A stretch of DNA of 64,000 nucleotides from Mytilus edulis (GCF_963676685.1 NC_092357.1:36952001-37016000), one strand, 5' to 3'. Shown: positions 25,686-39,714, counted from the first letter of the stretch. Numbers and translations are program-made. Notes: a model not told the origin generated them from the letters alone.

Positions 25686-26615
25686 TTGAGAAAGAAAATG
25701 GGGGAGGGAATGTGTCAAAGTGACAAAAACCCGACCATAGAGCAGACAACAACCGAAGACTACCAATGGGTCTTCAATGTAGCGAGAAACTCCCGCACCC
25801 GGAGGCGTCCTTCAGCTAGCCCCTTAAAAATATGTATACTAGTACAGTGATAATAGACGTCATACTAAACGAATTATACACAAGAAACTAAAATTAAAAA
25901 TTATGCAAGACTAACAAAGGCCAGAGGCTCCGGACAGGCGTAAAATTGCGGCGGGGTTAAACATGTTTATGAGATCTCAACTCTCCCCTATACCTCTAGC
26001 CAATGTAAAAAAGTAAACGCATAGCAATACGCACATTAAAAATCAGTTCAAGAGAAGACCGAGTCCGATGTCAGAAGATGTAACAAAAGAAAATAACTAA
26101 ATGACAATAATACATAAAAGAAAATAAATAAAATGACAATAATACTTAAAAGAAAATAAATAAAATGACAATAATACATAAAAGAAAATAAATAAAATGA
26201 CAATAATACATAAAAGAAAATAAATAAAATGACAATAATACATAAATAACAACAGACTACTAGCAGTTAACTGACATGCCAGCTCCAGATCTCAATTAAA
26301 CTGATTGAAAGATTATGTCTTCATCATATGAATACCAGGCACAATTCCTCCCGTTAGTGGTTTAGTATCATACTTTCATAAAATATACGAGAAGAACATA
26401 ACCCGTGTCATGCTAACAACTGTTTTTTTTAAATAAATGTGTTTAGTTCCGATGCGCAGACCCTATAAGTGAATCAATATTAAAACCAAAATATGCAATC
26501 TTTAATGACCTGACAACAATATCGTAACTATATCCCTTCTTAATAAGTCTGTTTAAAGGTTTTGTAAGCTTTTGAGGTGAATACTGACATGTTTGTGCTT
26601 TGTGAAGAGTATTAC
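25686..26615 (-). mobile_element. Retroelement 3' fragment (Penelope-like ORF C-terminus plus 3'UTR)
   Basis: ORF 26443-26661 ends KLTKPLNRLIKKGYSYDIVVRSLKIAYFGFNIDSLIG and is followed by a long repeat UTR. The family assignment is from recall. Confidence 0.55.
26086..26246. repeat. 32-bp tandem repeat, about 5 copies
   Basis: Unit aaagaaaataaataaaatgacaataatacata. Confidence 0.9.
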
Positions 26616-29115
26616 CATAATTATAGTTATATAATTTTAATTCCATACTTATTTTATTCATAGTAAGCAGCCATCTTTGTTGGTTAGCTGTTGCACAATT
26701 TTATCCAATGGTAAAAGAGACCACACAAAAGGGACAAAATAAGCATTGTTTACAATCAGATTTTTGCATGTGCCTGTAATTCAGTGGTTTTCGTTTGTTG
26801 CTATACATATATATATCATTGTTTTACGTCCATAGTTTTGTACATAATAAAGCCTATAAATTTCTCATTTGAATTTATCGTGATTTGTCATATCTAGGCC
26901 TCCTTGGCAATTATACTACATCTTCTTGTCTTTATTTTTACTAGTATGCACCCTTGTCCCATATGAATATCGGATACCCAAGATATATCCTAGTGTCGGA
27001 TTGCTTTCTTTAATCTTTATTATTATTGTCATTGGGATTTTTTTTTCTGACAGGCAATTGTCAAATAATGTCACGAACAAGTCGTTATTTCAATTACAAA
27101 AAAATATTGAAAAGATATCCTGACTGAATTACAACTTTGACGGACTGTGCATTATGCCATTACACTTACACAATTGTATATTTATAATTGTGCCTCTGTA
27201 TCTCCTTATGTCGTAGGAACTACAATCGATCTCAGTTCTGTTATATATAGTGCGATCTACACCATTCGTAAAAATGATCTTAAATGTTAACTTGGCATGC
27301 CATACTTGATGAAATGCGGACGTGAAAGAAAGCACTCTTCATGTACGCGTCAATGGAAATTTCATTCCCAAAGATTTCATCATTTAGCATGCGAAGAAGG
27401 TTGTACTAAACCAATAACATAACTGAAAGTTTTTTAATGGAAACATTATGATTTCGATATGTGAAAAACTGGGATAAAAACATGAAAATCATGGGCATGA
27501 ATCGGATGCATTCTTATTGAGGACCGAAGACAATTCAGATCACTGACATTGTTTCTGAGTTAGACATGTTAGAACAACCACATGCTGCATGATAAAAATA
27601 TTTCAAGTGAAATGCAAATTTTGATTATTACAAAATGTACCCTTAACCATTTCATGGTAAACAGGGACCAAACAATTCGGCATATTCTCATGGCATTACT
27701 TTTCACTGAAATTATTTTTCCATTTGAGAACATTTTATTATGAACTGGAAACAAATTAAACTAAAATATGAATATGTGTCCATAATAAATATGAACATGT
27801 TATAAGACATTTATTCAATAATTATTGGTACCTCAAAACTGTTTAAAAGAAGAATGTTATAATGTAATGCAAAAAGGGAAGTTATATAGGCCCTGATTTA
27901 CAATGCATTATGGGAAACACTTGCTAACTACCCAAACTTAATCATATGATTAAAAATTAATCGAATGATTAGTAAATTCAATGATTAAAATTAGTTGAAC
28001 AACGCAAATTAATCATTGTATTAACTAATCATGCGATTAACATTTGACGATTAATATGATTAGTTTAATCACAAGTTGAACAACAGACCACAGATATTTA
28101 AACCATTGCTATAAAGTGTATGTGTCCTACTTGACATTTATACACTTGTCACAGGTAAAATCAATAATCGCAAATAGTGTGAATTTAATCTATGAAGTTA
28201 CACAATAGCGTAAAGTCCGAGGATTTTATAATCAGGTAAGAAAGGGGGAATGGTACTTAATTAAAAAAAAAATGTCATAGATGTTTGGTTTTAAATGTTT
28301 TGTATCAAGTCAAAGTCTCCAATCCTTTCAGCCGACAAAAACAAAACTACTCGCACACTGTACAGTACACACATGTCGAAAGCGTTCAGTTTAATCATAA
28401 CAAACGTATCGTTGCTTTATCAAGTAAATTCCACATTAGGAAAGCATATTGTTTTGCTAATCAATAAGATATTATTTAACCACTACACAATTACAAGTAG
28501 AATGATCATGCATCTATTGTTGCAATATTTATCTTTAGATGTATAAAATGCATTTCCTCGTGTAATGTATAGTATAATTGATCTGGTAACTAATAATACA
28601 CATGTAAAACAACATCAAATAGTTTGACGTTGATGAGTTGGTATTTGATAGAGTTTGCGTTTTACCACAATATCTTTAAGGCGCTACTGACCATTTCCTG
28701 GCACCTTACATGCCTTCGTTCATGATATTCCAATTCAAGTTTAAATCAAGAAAACATGGCAGCATATATTCAAGTGCGTTTGGAATGTCGTTATCATAAC
28801 ATGATTAAATGATCAATACGTCGAGTTAGTGACATGAGGTTGAAATATCAAAAAACAATTACAAACAAAAAATAATTAAAAAAACAGAGAAAAAGGGGTC
28901 CCGTCTTTTAGCGCCTCTGTTAATAATATATAGTGAAAATAAAAATCTGGATAGCAATTGGTCTTGAAATCTTGAGTATGATGAATATGACATTAACACC
29001 TTTTAAATATTATTTTCATATTTGTCCTTAGGTTGAAAAAGTGGATTGCATATGAAGAAATGTCAAAATGTTAAGGCACTATATTTAACATACAAAAAGA
29101 TATCAAACTACAGAT

Positions 29116-30831
29116 ATGGCCACCGACCAAAGTGTATTACTCTGCGATGTTTGCAAAAAAAGACACCTTAATAAGTCAGCGGAGGAATATTGTCCACAAT
29201 GTGAAGAGGCTCTGTGTCGTGAATGTAGAGATCATCATAAGTTATCGAATTTGTTAAAATCGCATCAGACAATCACGGTAGACAAGTATAAGAAATTGCC
29301 ATCCTTCATCAAGCAAATTAGCCAAAACTGTGAGGAGCATGACTGCTTCCTTGAATTTTATTGCAAATCGCATGACGCACTTTGTTGTAAACTTTGTTTG
29401 ATATCCGGTCATAAGGAATGCAAGGGAACTATTTTCATTGAAGATTTTCTTAAGCCATTAACTGGGCATCAGTCAGCAGCTTTAGATAATATTGAAAAAG
29501 TTCTGCAAGATTTGCAAAATAACATTTGTTCCGCTATAAAGGACAGAAATCGTAATTTGACTGAAATACGCGAACAGAAGCGGGTAATTGGAACACAAAT
29601 TAAAGAAAAGCGTAAAATAATCAATAAACTTTTAGACTATTTAGAAGAAGAATTACTACAAAAGGTATCTACACTTGAAAAGACAAACTGTCGGGAAATT
29701 GAAGAAATAATTACGAAATTAGAGGATGAAAAAGTAAAAGTCGACGGAATTCAAAAAGATGTTGAATCTGTTAAAATGTTTGCTTCTTATCTGCAAATCT
29801 TCATGGGAACAAAGGCATTCCAGGAAAGCATTTCAACCAATGAAATCAACGTCCAACAATTATATAACAACGGGAGCTTAAACAACGTGACAATGAAATG
29901 TACTTTTAATGAAAAGCTAGAGGGGTTTATAAAACACATAAAAACATTTGGTGATGTAGAAATTGATAAAAGTGAAAAACATGTTTCTTTTTTATTTAAA
30001 GGGGACAAATCGGCACAAATTTTTAAACCTATGTTAGTGGCAAAATCGATTGAAAATATAAACGTCAGGTTAGGATGTAGGATTAAGATAAACAGCAAAA
30101 GTATATCTGGATGTGCAATATCACAAGCTGGAAACATGCTTTTTCTACAAACACACAGCAATAGTATGATGAAATATGCGCCTAATGGTAATTTCATTTC
30201 AGAATCAAGTATCAACCCAGAACCAAGCGGCTTTGGGTATGACCTTGCAGTTATTGATTCTAATACGGTAGCTGTATCAAGTGGTGGAAATAACCCTCAA
30301 CAAATTCACTTGATTGATATGAATAGTACAAACACGAGTCAAGTTTTTCAACTGGGCGACTGGTGTTGCGGTTTAAGCTACAGCAACGATTCATTTATTT
30401 GTTGCACGTATCATAATGGCATAAAAATATATGACAGGTCAAACTCTAACGTCCGGATACTTCCAAATTCTCCCAAATCGGCGGATCATACCTACGTTGC
30501 CTTAAATGCAAATCACATTTTTCATACCAATTGGCGTGATAATTCTGTTGTATGTTACGATTTCAATGGGCAGATACAATGGAAATATGTCGATTTTACA
30601 TTGCTTAGAGAACCATATGGCATCACATTAGATACTTATTCGAATGTTTATGTTGCAGGTTGTGACTCGAACAATGTAGTCGTGATATCTCCAGATGGAA
30701 AAAAGGCAAAGGAGCTAATTGGAGCTAGTGATAAACTTACAAATCCTCGTGCCTTGTTCTTTCATAAAACAAAACACTTGCTTCTAGTAGCAAACTATAA
30801 CAATGGCGCCTCGGTGTATGATGTTATGTAA
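29116..30831 (+). CDS. RING-less TRIM-like protein (B-box1, B-box2, coiled coil, NHL-like beta-propeller), 571 aa, copy 2
   Basis: B-box1 CDVC..CPQC..CREC..H..H; B-box2 CEEH..CKSH..CKLC..HKEC; heptad-rich helix; NHL-like PYGITLDTYSNVYVAG..NNVVVIS and NPRAL. Acceptor AG at 29031. Confidence 0.92.
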   Translation: MATDQSVLLCDVCKKRHLNKSAEEYCPQCEEALCRECRDHHKLSNLLKSHQTITVDKYKKLPSFIKQISQNCEEHDCFLEFYCKSHDALCCKLCLISGHKECKGTIFIEDFLKPLTGHQSAALDNIEKVLQDLQNNICSAIKDRNRNLTEIREQKRVIGTQIKEKRKIINKLLDYLEEELLQKVSTLEKTNCREIEEIITKLEDEKVKVDGIQKDVESVKMFASYLQIFMGTKAFQESISTNEINVQQLYNNGSLNNVTMKCTFNEKLEGFIKHIKTFGDVEIDKSEKHVSFLFKGDKSAQIFKPMLVAKSIENINVRLGCRIKINSKSISGCAISQAGNMLFLQTHSNSMMKYAPNGNFISESSINPEPSGFGYDLAVIDSNTVAVSSGGNNPQQIHLIDMNSTNTSQVFQLGDWCCGLSYSNDSFICCTYHNGIKIYDRSNSNVRILPNSPKSADHTYVALNANHIFHTNWRDNSVVCYDFNGQIQWKYVDFTLLREPYGITLDTYSNVYVAGCDSNNVVVISPDGKKAKELIGASDKLTNPRALFFHKTKHLLLVANYNNGASVYDVM

Positions 30832-33800
30832 AGCAAAAACATACAATAAACCTTTTTTTCAAATGGAATCACATATGTGTTACTAAATTCAGAATTGAAT
30901 AAAAGCCTTGGAGTAAATTTTATCTAGAGTAAATCTTATTTTCAGGCCTCAATGACGACTAGCAAGCCATCTTACACACATATCAATTCCTAAAAGACAA
31001 AAGAAATCTATTTCTATCTATCAATCACTGTTTCGTCAATGCTCAATCGTAATTATAATCACATATTTTAACAGATTGTTGTCTTGAACTGAATACCTTC
31101 CCAAACAGTAGGTTGAAATTTATAACTTTAATTTTAAAAGTTTCAAAAATCATTTTGTTTCAGTCCTGTCCTTAAAATTACATCATTCCGAAATTTCCGT
31201 TGAAGTTTTTATAAATTCTTTAAAACAAAATTCTAAAAGTAAGAAGTACTAAGCTATTGGAAATATGAAATAATCAGACCCTTATCTTCAAAAATTTTAT
31301 GCAAAAGTTTTATTGAAATTAATTAATAGAATGATTGTTACTTGTCCTTATGACGTAGTTAGTCGTTTTTAGTTAAAAAAAATATTGTAACGAGCAATAA
31401 CAAAGGGAAATATGCACACGTGTTTAATAACACAAGGTATACGTCATTGATATATGTAACTATAGTTACTCAAATCCCAAGATGGAGGACGTAGAATTCT
31501 GAAAAACGTTTCTTAAAATTTATAGAAAAAGAATAGTTTGATATATTTGTTTGTTGAACCAAAAAAGGGAGAAAAACTATCCAAATCCATTTCTTAACTC
31601 GTAAATAATCATGTCAGATGGAAAACGTTTTAGTTGGATGATGTATGTAAACAACGTAAAATTGACTAAAGATCGTTGTTTTCTTTGCGTCCAGTGGCAA
31701 CAACTTTCGTATTTAAAAAAGCAATTGATAATTGAACACAATTTTTGCATATCATCATTGTCAATTAGTTATACTTATAGAAGGGAAATGGGGGTGAATG
31801 CTTCAATATCTAATTATACTGATTGCTTATTCTTTTCCGAAAATTTCGACAATTGGTATGAGTTGACGATCATATCACATCGTATTTATAAAGCTATATT
31901 TCAAATGAGGATCATCTTCGTTCGAGTTAAATAACAGATGATTTTAATTTTATATGGTATAAAACTGAGTATCAAGTACGGTATCATTTCAATTGACTGA
32001 TTACTTGCTTTTTTGCGTTATGACAAGAGGGAACAATAAAAAAAATCATGCATTTTAAAAATCATCAGTTAAAAACTACAATAAGAGCAATTTTAAGAAA
32101 TTGTCCTTTGATCTTACTGACTGATAACTTCCTTTCTCGTCACAGTGTTATGCAAAATTGTCGCTAGAAATTAAGAGCGCAGTTTCCCGATGTCAATGAA
32201 ATTAACAAAGTCGTCATAAGTAAAATAGCGATAAACAGATTATCATTGGTCATCTCAAGGCAACAAAATCAATCTCGTTGAGATGGTAAACGATAATCTA
32301 TAAATAATAATACTATCATGACCAGTTATAATATTTTAAGAATAAAACATATAGTATCTTGAATGGTTGACTTGCGTATAACGCCACTGTCAGCACTAGT
32401 GTCCTTTTCGTAGTTTTTATTGATGGAGGAGCCGAATGGTCTAGAGAGAACCACCGACCTATGGCCAGAAAATTGACAATTAAAATTAGAGTCGAAAAAC
32501 ATAAGTGTTTGCAGACAAATAATACAGTAGTTCGACTTATTATACCACTCGAACATCTTGTTACCTTCTATGTATTTAATTAATGTTGAAAACCAAAGAC
32601 TTATCTATCTAAAAAAGTATAGTTTGTATTTGTGTCAAATTAAGTTTAAGTAAGGTAAGGAACCAAACGTTGTGTACTGGGGAATTGCTGTACTGATTTA
32701 TTAAGGAGACAAAAGGTTTGCATTTCAATATTGTGTAGTTTATATTTGTATTTGTTTACTCAAAAGAGATTGGGGCAATTGATTCTACATAAACAAAGGC
32801 AACAGTAGTTTATCCCTGTTCAAAAGTCATGAATCGATTGAGAGAAAACAAAGTCAAGTTACAAAATGAAATACACATATTACAGTCTTTGTAGTATATT
32901 CCTTATGTACATGAGAGACCGTCTTCATACAACATGTCTTATTTTCACGACAAACACTCGACTTGGGTAAACTTTCAGCCCAGGATTAACGTCGATTAAA
33001 AAAAAATCAAAATCTATCCTTCATTTATCGGTCACACAAAAAGGTTCTTAAATGAATGTTGTTAAATTACGTAATCAATAGAGAGAAGGTTATCCAGATA
33101 TTTCTGATATCGATATGTGTCCCACTTGAACTGATATATAACACACTTGTGTACGTGTATTCTTACAGGTAAAATCAATCAGTATAGATACAAAAGTTTA
33201 AATGTATGAAGATACACAACAACTACAATTGGTATGATGTAACAATCAGGTAGGAACAAGTAAAATTCTAAATTCTGAATTGCATAAGGCGTCATATCTG
33301 TTTTTCAATTGATCGCCCTTAAAATAAATTTTTTGAAATCTTCAATCCAGCAACAACAAAAGTACACGCAAAACCACACCCGTAGACCAAACAGTACACA
33401 AAGTATGGCGGCCTATATAAAAAGGAGAAACAAAGAAAACTTATAAACAACACAAACAAACGACAAAATTCACATCAATTAATTATAAGAATGATTTTGA
33501 ATGGAACTAAAAGATATCAACACGTAAGAGTATGATGTCCTTGGTCGGATAAGAAAGCGTACATGATACTGCAAGTCAAACTACACATTGTTTGTTCTTA
33601 TAGAAATAAACGCGGAAAAAAATTATCTGGTAATTAGATCATATATGCGTATCAATTTAGGATATGCGTGTGCCTTTCCGCTTCTATAATTGTTCGTGTA
33701 ATGGGGTTTGCTCTTTTAACCCTATATCTTAAGAGATGCCTACATTAATCTGGCACCTGAGTATATACTATTCCTGTACAGTTTTAAAATTAGAAAAGTA

Positions 33801-34020
33801 GGCCAGCAAATAAACTACTTTTAATGTACTTGTTGAATAAGTGAAAATAACTTAAAATTATAAAGAACATGTACTAACAAACTTATTTAAAGTTTTTTTT
33901 TATTACACTCAGAGTCTGTATCAAAGTCTCATTCTAGTTCAAATGTAAGTGTAGGAATCAAATGTAAGTTTACTAAAAAAAAGACGTCTGACTAGTTTAT
34001 CATGTATTATCTTTTATATA
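30832..34020 (+). repeat. Triplicated intergenic spacer (also ~36411-40370 and 60753-64000)
   Basis: Collinear sequence from the stop codons of copies 2, 3 and 6 through the 81-nt exon of the next unit. Confidence 0.9.
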
Positions 34021-34700
34021 AAGTTATTTCAAACGTGTCTCATCGGCAATCATACCACATCTTCTTTTTTTTATATTTGTTTAAAACTACAAAAAATCAA
34101 AGAATTTCACACAGTGTGTACAATTATCTGAACTTCTCACTTCTCAATTATTACTCATTATTCCCCAATCAAAATCAGCTGTCCGATTTGAGTCAACAGC
34201 AGTTTTAAAATAGGTATTCAAGTCATTACAATTCATTTAAAAAATGCAAATCAAGGTGAAAATTTCCATGAAAAGGAGCAAGACCGGGCTTGTCAATACG
34301 CTAAACAGTTGTTTGTTATGTATGCATGACTTGTCGTTCGAAACTAACAGATTTTATTTGTTCAATTTCCAACACTGATGCTACTTTTATTTCTTTTTAA
34401 TTTTTAAACATCGTAAAAGACAAAACATTGCATGCACTTCTAAGTTTAATTTATTCTTAGGTCATATGATTTTTCAATACCTACATTTTTTAGGTGGGAT
34501 TTTTATTGGGTTTTGTTAATTCATTTTGTTCCAACGTAAGCTTAAGTAATTGTCGGACTTGTTAGGTGCTTATTGTGCTTTTTAGTAAACATAATTTTAT
34601 ATATTTTTTTCATAGGATCAAAGTGTTGATGGTAGATTGGAAGAGATTAATGTTATGAGGCACCATCTTTGACCTTAAATACTACAGAACAAATTCAGAT

Positions 34701-36410
34701 ATGGCCACTACGGAAATAGCAACATTCTGTGATATTTGCCTAATCAGGGACCTAAATAAGTTGGCGGAAGAATTCTGTCCACAATGTGAAGAGATTCTTT
34801 GTGGAGATTGTCGAAATCATCATAAGATATCTAAATCGTCAAAATCACACCAGACCATCTCTATAGGCAAATATAACAAATTACCATCGTTCATCAAGCA
34901 AATAAAGCATACCTGTGAGGAGCATGACTGCTCCCTTGAATTTTATTGCAAATCTCATGACTCTCTTTGCTGCAAACTGTGCTTGATATCAGGACATAAG
35001 GAATGCAAGGAGACTATTTTCATTGAAGATTTTCTTACGCCATCACAAGGACACCAATCAGCAGCTTTATCTAACGTTGAAAAAGTTCTAATAGATCTGG
35101 GTGATAACATTAGTTTCGCTATAAAGGACCGAAATCGAAACATGAAAGAACTACGTGAACAGAAGAGGGTTATTGTAGAAAAAATTAAAGAAAAGCGTCA
35201 AGAAATAAATACAGTTTTGGACCATTTAGAAGGAGAATTACTAGAAAAAGTATCTGCACTAGAGAAGACAAACTGTCGGGAAATAGAAGAGATAATTACG
35301 AAATTGGAGGAAGAAAAAGAAAAGTTAAACGAAAATCAAAAAGATGTTGAATCTGTGAAAATGTTTGCTTCTAATCTGCAAATCTTCATGGGAACAAAGG
35401 CATTCCAAGAAAGGATTTTAACCAATGAAGTCAACGTCCAACAAGTATATGACAACGGGAGCTTAAACAACGTGACAATGAAATGTACTTTCAATGAAAA
35501 GCTAGAGGGGTTTATAAAACACATAAAAACATTTGGTGATGTAGAAATTGATAATAGTGAAAAACGTGTTTCTTTTTCATGGAAAGGTGACAAGTCAGCA
35601 CAATTTTTTAAGTCAGAAGCAAAATCTATTGAAACCATAAACGTCAGGTTAGGACGTAGGATTAACATTAATAGCAGAAGTATTACTGGATGTGCCATAT
35701 CAGAAGCTGGAAACATACTATTTCTACAATTACACCGCAATAGTATGATGAAATATGCGCCTAATGGTAAATTTATTTCAGAATCACGTATCAAGCCAGA
35801 AGCAAGCAGCATTGGGTATGACCTTGCAGTGATTGATTCTAATACTGTAGCTGTATCAAGTGGTGGAAATCCCCCTCAACAGATATATTTGATTGATATG
35901 AATAGTACAAACATGAGTCAAGTTTTGCAACTGGGCGACTGGTGTTGCGGTTGAAGCTACAGCAACGATTCATTTATTTGTTGCACGTATCATAACGGCA
36001 TAAAAATATATGACAGGTCGAACTCTAACGTGCGGATACTTCCAAATTCTCCCAAATCGGCAGGTGGTACCTACGTGGCCTCAAATGCAAATTGCATTTT
36101 TCATAGCAATTGGTGTGATGATTCTGTTGTATGTTACGATTTCAGTGGGCAGGTACAATGGAAATATATCGATTCTTCATTGCTTAGAAAACCATACGGC
36201 ATCACATTAGATACTAATTCGAATATTTATGTTGCAGGTTCTGACTCGAACAATGTAGTCGTGATATCTCCAGATGGAAAACAGGCGAAAGAGCTAATTG
36301 GAGCTAGTGACAAACTTACAAATCCTCATGCTTTGTTCTTTCATAAAACCAAACACTTGCTTCTAGTAGCAAACTATGACAATGGCGCCTCGGTGTATGA
36401 TGTTATTTAA
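34701..36410 (+). pseudogene. TRIM-like copy 3 with a single in-frame nonsense codon
   Basis: TGA at 35952-35954 where paralogues have TTA (Leu). The downstream ORF 36030-36410 is in the same frame and otherwise intact. Confidence 0.88.
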
Positions 36411-39134
36411 GGCAAAAAAAAACAATGAACTTTTTTTCAAATAGAATCACATATGTGTTACTAAATTCAGAATTTAATAAAAGCCTTGGAGTAAATTTTA
36501 TCTAGAATCAATCCTATTTTCAGACCTCAATGACGACTAGCGAGCCATCTTACACACATATCAATTCCTAAAAAACACGAGAAATCTATTTCTATCTATC
36601 GATCACTGTTTCGTCAATGCTCAACCGTAATTATAATCACATGTTTTAACAGATTGTTGTCTTGAACTCAATGCCTTCCCAGGCAGTAGGTTGAAATTTA
36701 TAACTTTAATTTTAAAAGTTTCATAAATCAATTTGTTTCCGTCCTGGCTTTAAAACTACATCATTCCGAAATTTCCGTTGAAGTGTTTATAAATTCTTTA
36801 AAGATAAATTCTAAAAGTAAGAAGTACTAAGCTATTGGAAATATAAAATAATCAGACCCTTTTCTTCAAAATTTTTATGCAAAAGTTTAATTGAAATAAA
36901 TTGATAGAATGATTGTAATTTGTCCTCAATACGTAGTTTGTCTTTTTAATTGGGATGGTTTTGTGATGAGACTAACAAAGGGTGATATGTTATATGTCAA
37001 TGAGGCAACAACTAAAAATCAAAATTTACCGATAATCAAACACAGGGCTACATACTGTCATTAATCATGCACACGTGTTAAATAACACAAGGTATACATC
37101 AATGAAATATGTAGCTATAGTAACAGAAATACTTTAATGGAGGACGTAGAATTCTGAAAAAAAAAAAACGTTTCTTAAAATTTGTAAAAACGAATAGTTT
37201 TATATGTTTGTTTGTTTGTACCAAAAAAGGGAGAATTACTAGAAATTATTGATGGAGAAGTAAAGAGAAAAAATCAACTGTTGAAAAATTAAATTATGTC
37301 AGTTAAGTAAATGAAAATAAAGATATCGGTGACAGCTAATGATTATGATGTCAGTATTCAAAACCATTTCTGAACTAAATAATCATGTCAGATGGAAAAC
37401 TTTCTAGTTAGATGATGTAGATTAACAACGTAAAATTGACTAAAGATCGTTGTTTTCTTTGCGTCCAGTGGCAACAACTTTCGCATTAAAAAAAGCAATA
37501 GATAATTGAACACAATTTTTGCATATCGTCATTGACAATTAGTAATACTTATAGATGGGAAATGGGGGTGAATGTTTCAATATCTGATTATACTGGTTGC
37601 TTATTCTTTTCGACAATTGGTGTGGGTTGACAATCATATCACATCGTATTTATAAAGCTATATTTCAAATGAGGATCATCTTCGTTCGAGTTAAATAACA
37701 GATGGTTTTAATCTTATATGGTATAAAACTGAGTATCAAGTACGGTATCATTTTAATTGACTGATTACTTGCTTTTTGCGTTATGACAAGAGGTAACAAT
37801 AAAAAGAAATCGTGCATTTTAAAAATCATCAGTTAAAAACTACAATCAGAGCAATTTTAAGAAATTTTACTTTGATCTTACTGACTGATTACTTCCTTTC
37901 TCGTCACAGTGTTATGAAAAATTGTCGCTAGAAATTAAGGGCGCAGTTTCCCGATGTCAATGAAATTAACAAAGTCGTCATAAGTAAAATAGCGATAAAC
38001 ATATTATCATTGGTCATCTCAACTTGATTGCTTTCTAATTTTTGGTGTACCGTCTTAGGAAGAAAATCAATCTCGTTGATACGATAAACGATAATATATT
38101 AATAGCAATACTATCATGACCAGTAATAATATTTTAAGAATAAAACATATAGTATCTTGATTGGTTGACTTGCGTATAACGCCACTGCGAGCACTAGTGT
38201 CCTTTTTTGTAGTTTTTATTGATGGAGGAGCCGAATGGTCTAGAGAGAACCAACGATCTACGGTCAGAAAATTGACAATTAAGATTAGAGTCGATAAACA
38301 TAAGTGTTTACAGACAAATAATACAGTAGATCGACTTATTATACCACTCGAACATCTTGTTACATTCTATTCACTTTTAAATTAATGTTTAATACCAAAT
38401 ACTTGTCTATCTAAAAAAAGTATATTTTGCATGTGTCATATTAGGTTTAAGTAAAACAATGGACTAAACGTTGTGTACTGGGGAAATTACTGTACTGATT
38501 TATTAAGCAGACAAACTGTTTACATGTGTAGTTTATATTTGTATTTGTTTACTCAACAGAGATTGGGGCAATTGATTATACATAAACAAAGGCAACAGTA
38601 GTTTATCCCTGTTCAAAAGTCATAAATCGCTTGAGAGAAAACAAAGTCGAGTTACAAAATGAAATACACATATTACAGTCTTTGTAGTATATTCCTTAAA
38701 TTCGTGAGACGGATTTGAAGTACATGAGAGACCGTCTTCATACAACATGTCTTATTTTCACGACAAATTATCAACTTGGGTAAACTTTCAGCCCAGGATA
38801 AACGTCGATTAAAGAAAAGAAATCAAACTATCCTTCATTTATAGGTCACACAAAAAGGTACTTAAATGAACGTTGTTAAAAAACGTAATCAATAGAGAGA
38901 AGTTTATCAAGATATTTCTGATATCTATATGTGTCCCACTTGAACTGATATTTAACACACTTGTGTACGTGTATTCTCACAGGTAAAATCAATAAGTATA
39001 GATAGAAAAGTTTAAATGTATGAAGATACACAGCAACTATAATTGATATGATGTTACAATCAGGTAAGAACAAGTAAAATTCTAAATTCTGAATTTCATT
39101 ATGTCTGTTTTTCAATTGATCGCCCTTAAATCAA

Positions 39135-39714
39135 AGGAGTAGGTCCGGTAAGGACCGATTTTGGCCTCAAATTTCAGGTTCATCTAACGAAAGTTTATGA
39201 ACACTTTTTAAACACTTAAGTGTCTACTTTAATTGATTCGATTAGTTTATGTAAAAGATTTTAACTGATTTAGTCATAAAAACGCTCTGATTCAAGCTTA
39301 AATACGAAAAATCTATAAAATATGCCAAAAAACGTCACTTTTCAGATGGTTTTTGTCAAAAATGAAAGTGGCCGCATCCGTGTTCATCCTCAACCTTTAT
39401 ATAGGTTTTGTATTATCATCAAATACAACTTCCATTTCAATATTATGAATGAACACGAATGCGGCCACTTTCATTTTAGACGGAAACCGTCTAAAAAATT
39501 AACCTAAATGCTAAAATTTTGAAGATTTCAGTAATTTAGCATGACTTAATGATGCTAGTACGCGATATGTGTGCATTGCATTGTCAAAAACAGGCCATAG
39601 TTATGTAGCAGAAGCATTATACTTTCCAAAATATAGCTTAAAGATTGCATTTTCACAATTTTGTAAAACTGCTATATTTTGGGGCCACAAAGGGGTCTTA
39701 CTGAACCTACTCCT
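39135..39714. mobile_element. Kolobok-like MITE (TIR AGGAGTAGGT..GTAAG)
   Basis: Starts aggagtaggtccggtaagg and ends tcttactgaacctactcct. Absent at paralogous sites near 33325 and 63470. Its right end matches 53062-53125. Confidence 0.8.

Noticed and set aside
35952-35954. Selenocysteine or programmed read-through at the copy 3 TGA
   Set aside because: Paralogues have Leu rather than Cys here, no SECIS was recognised, and the 3' flank matches copies without the TGA.
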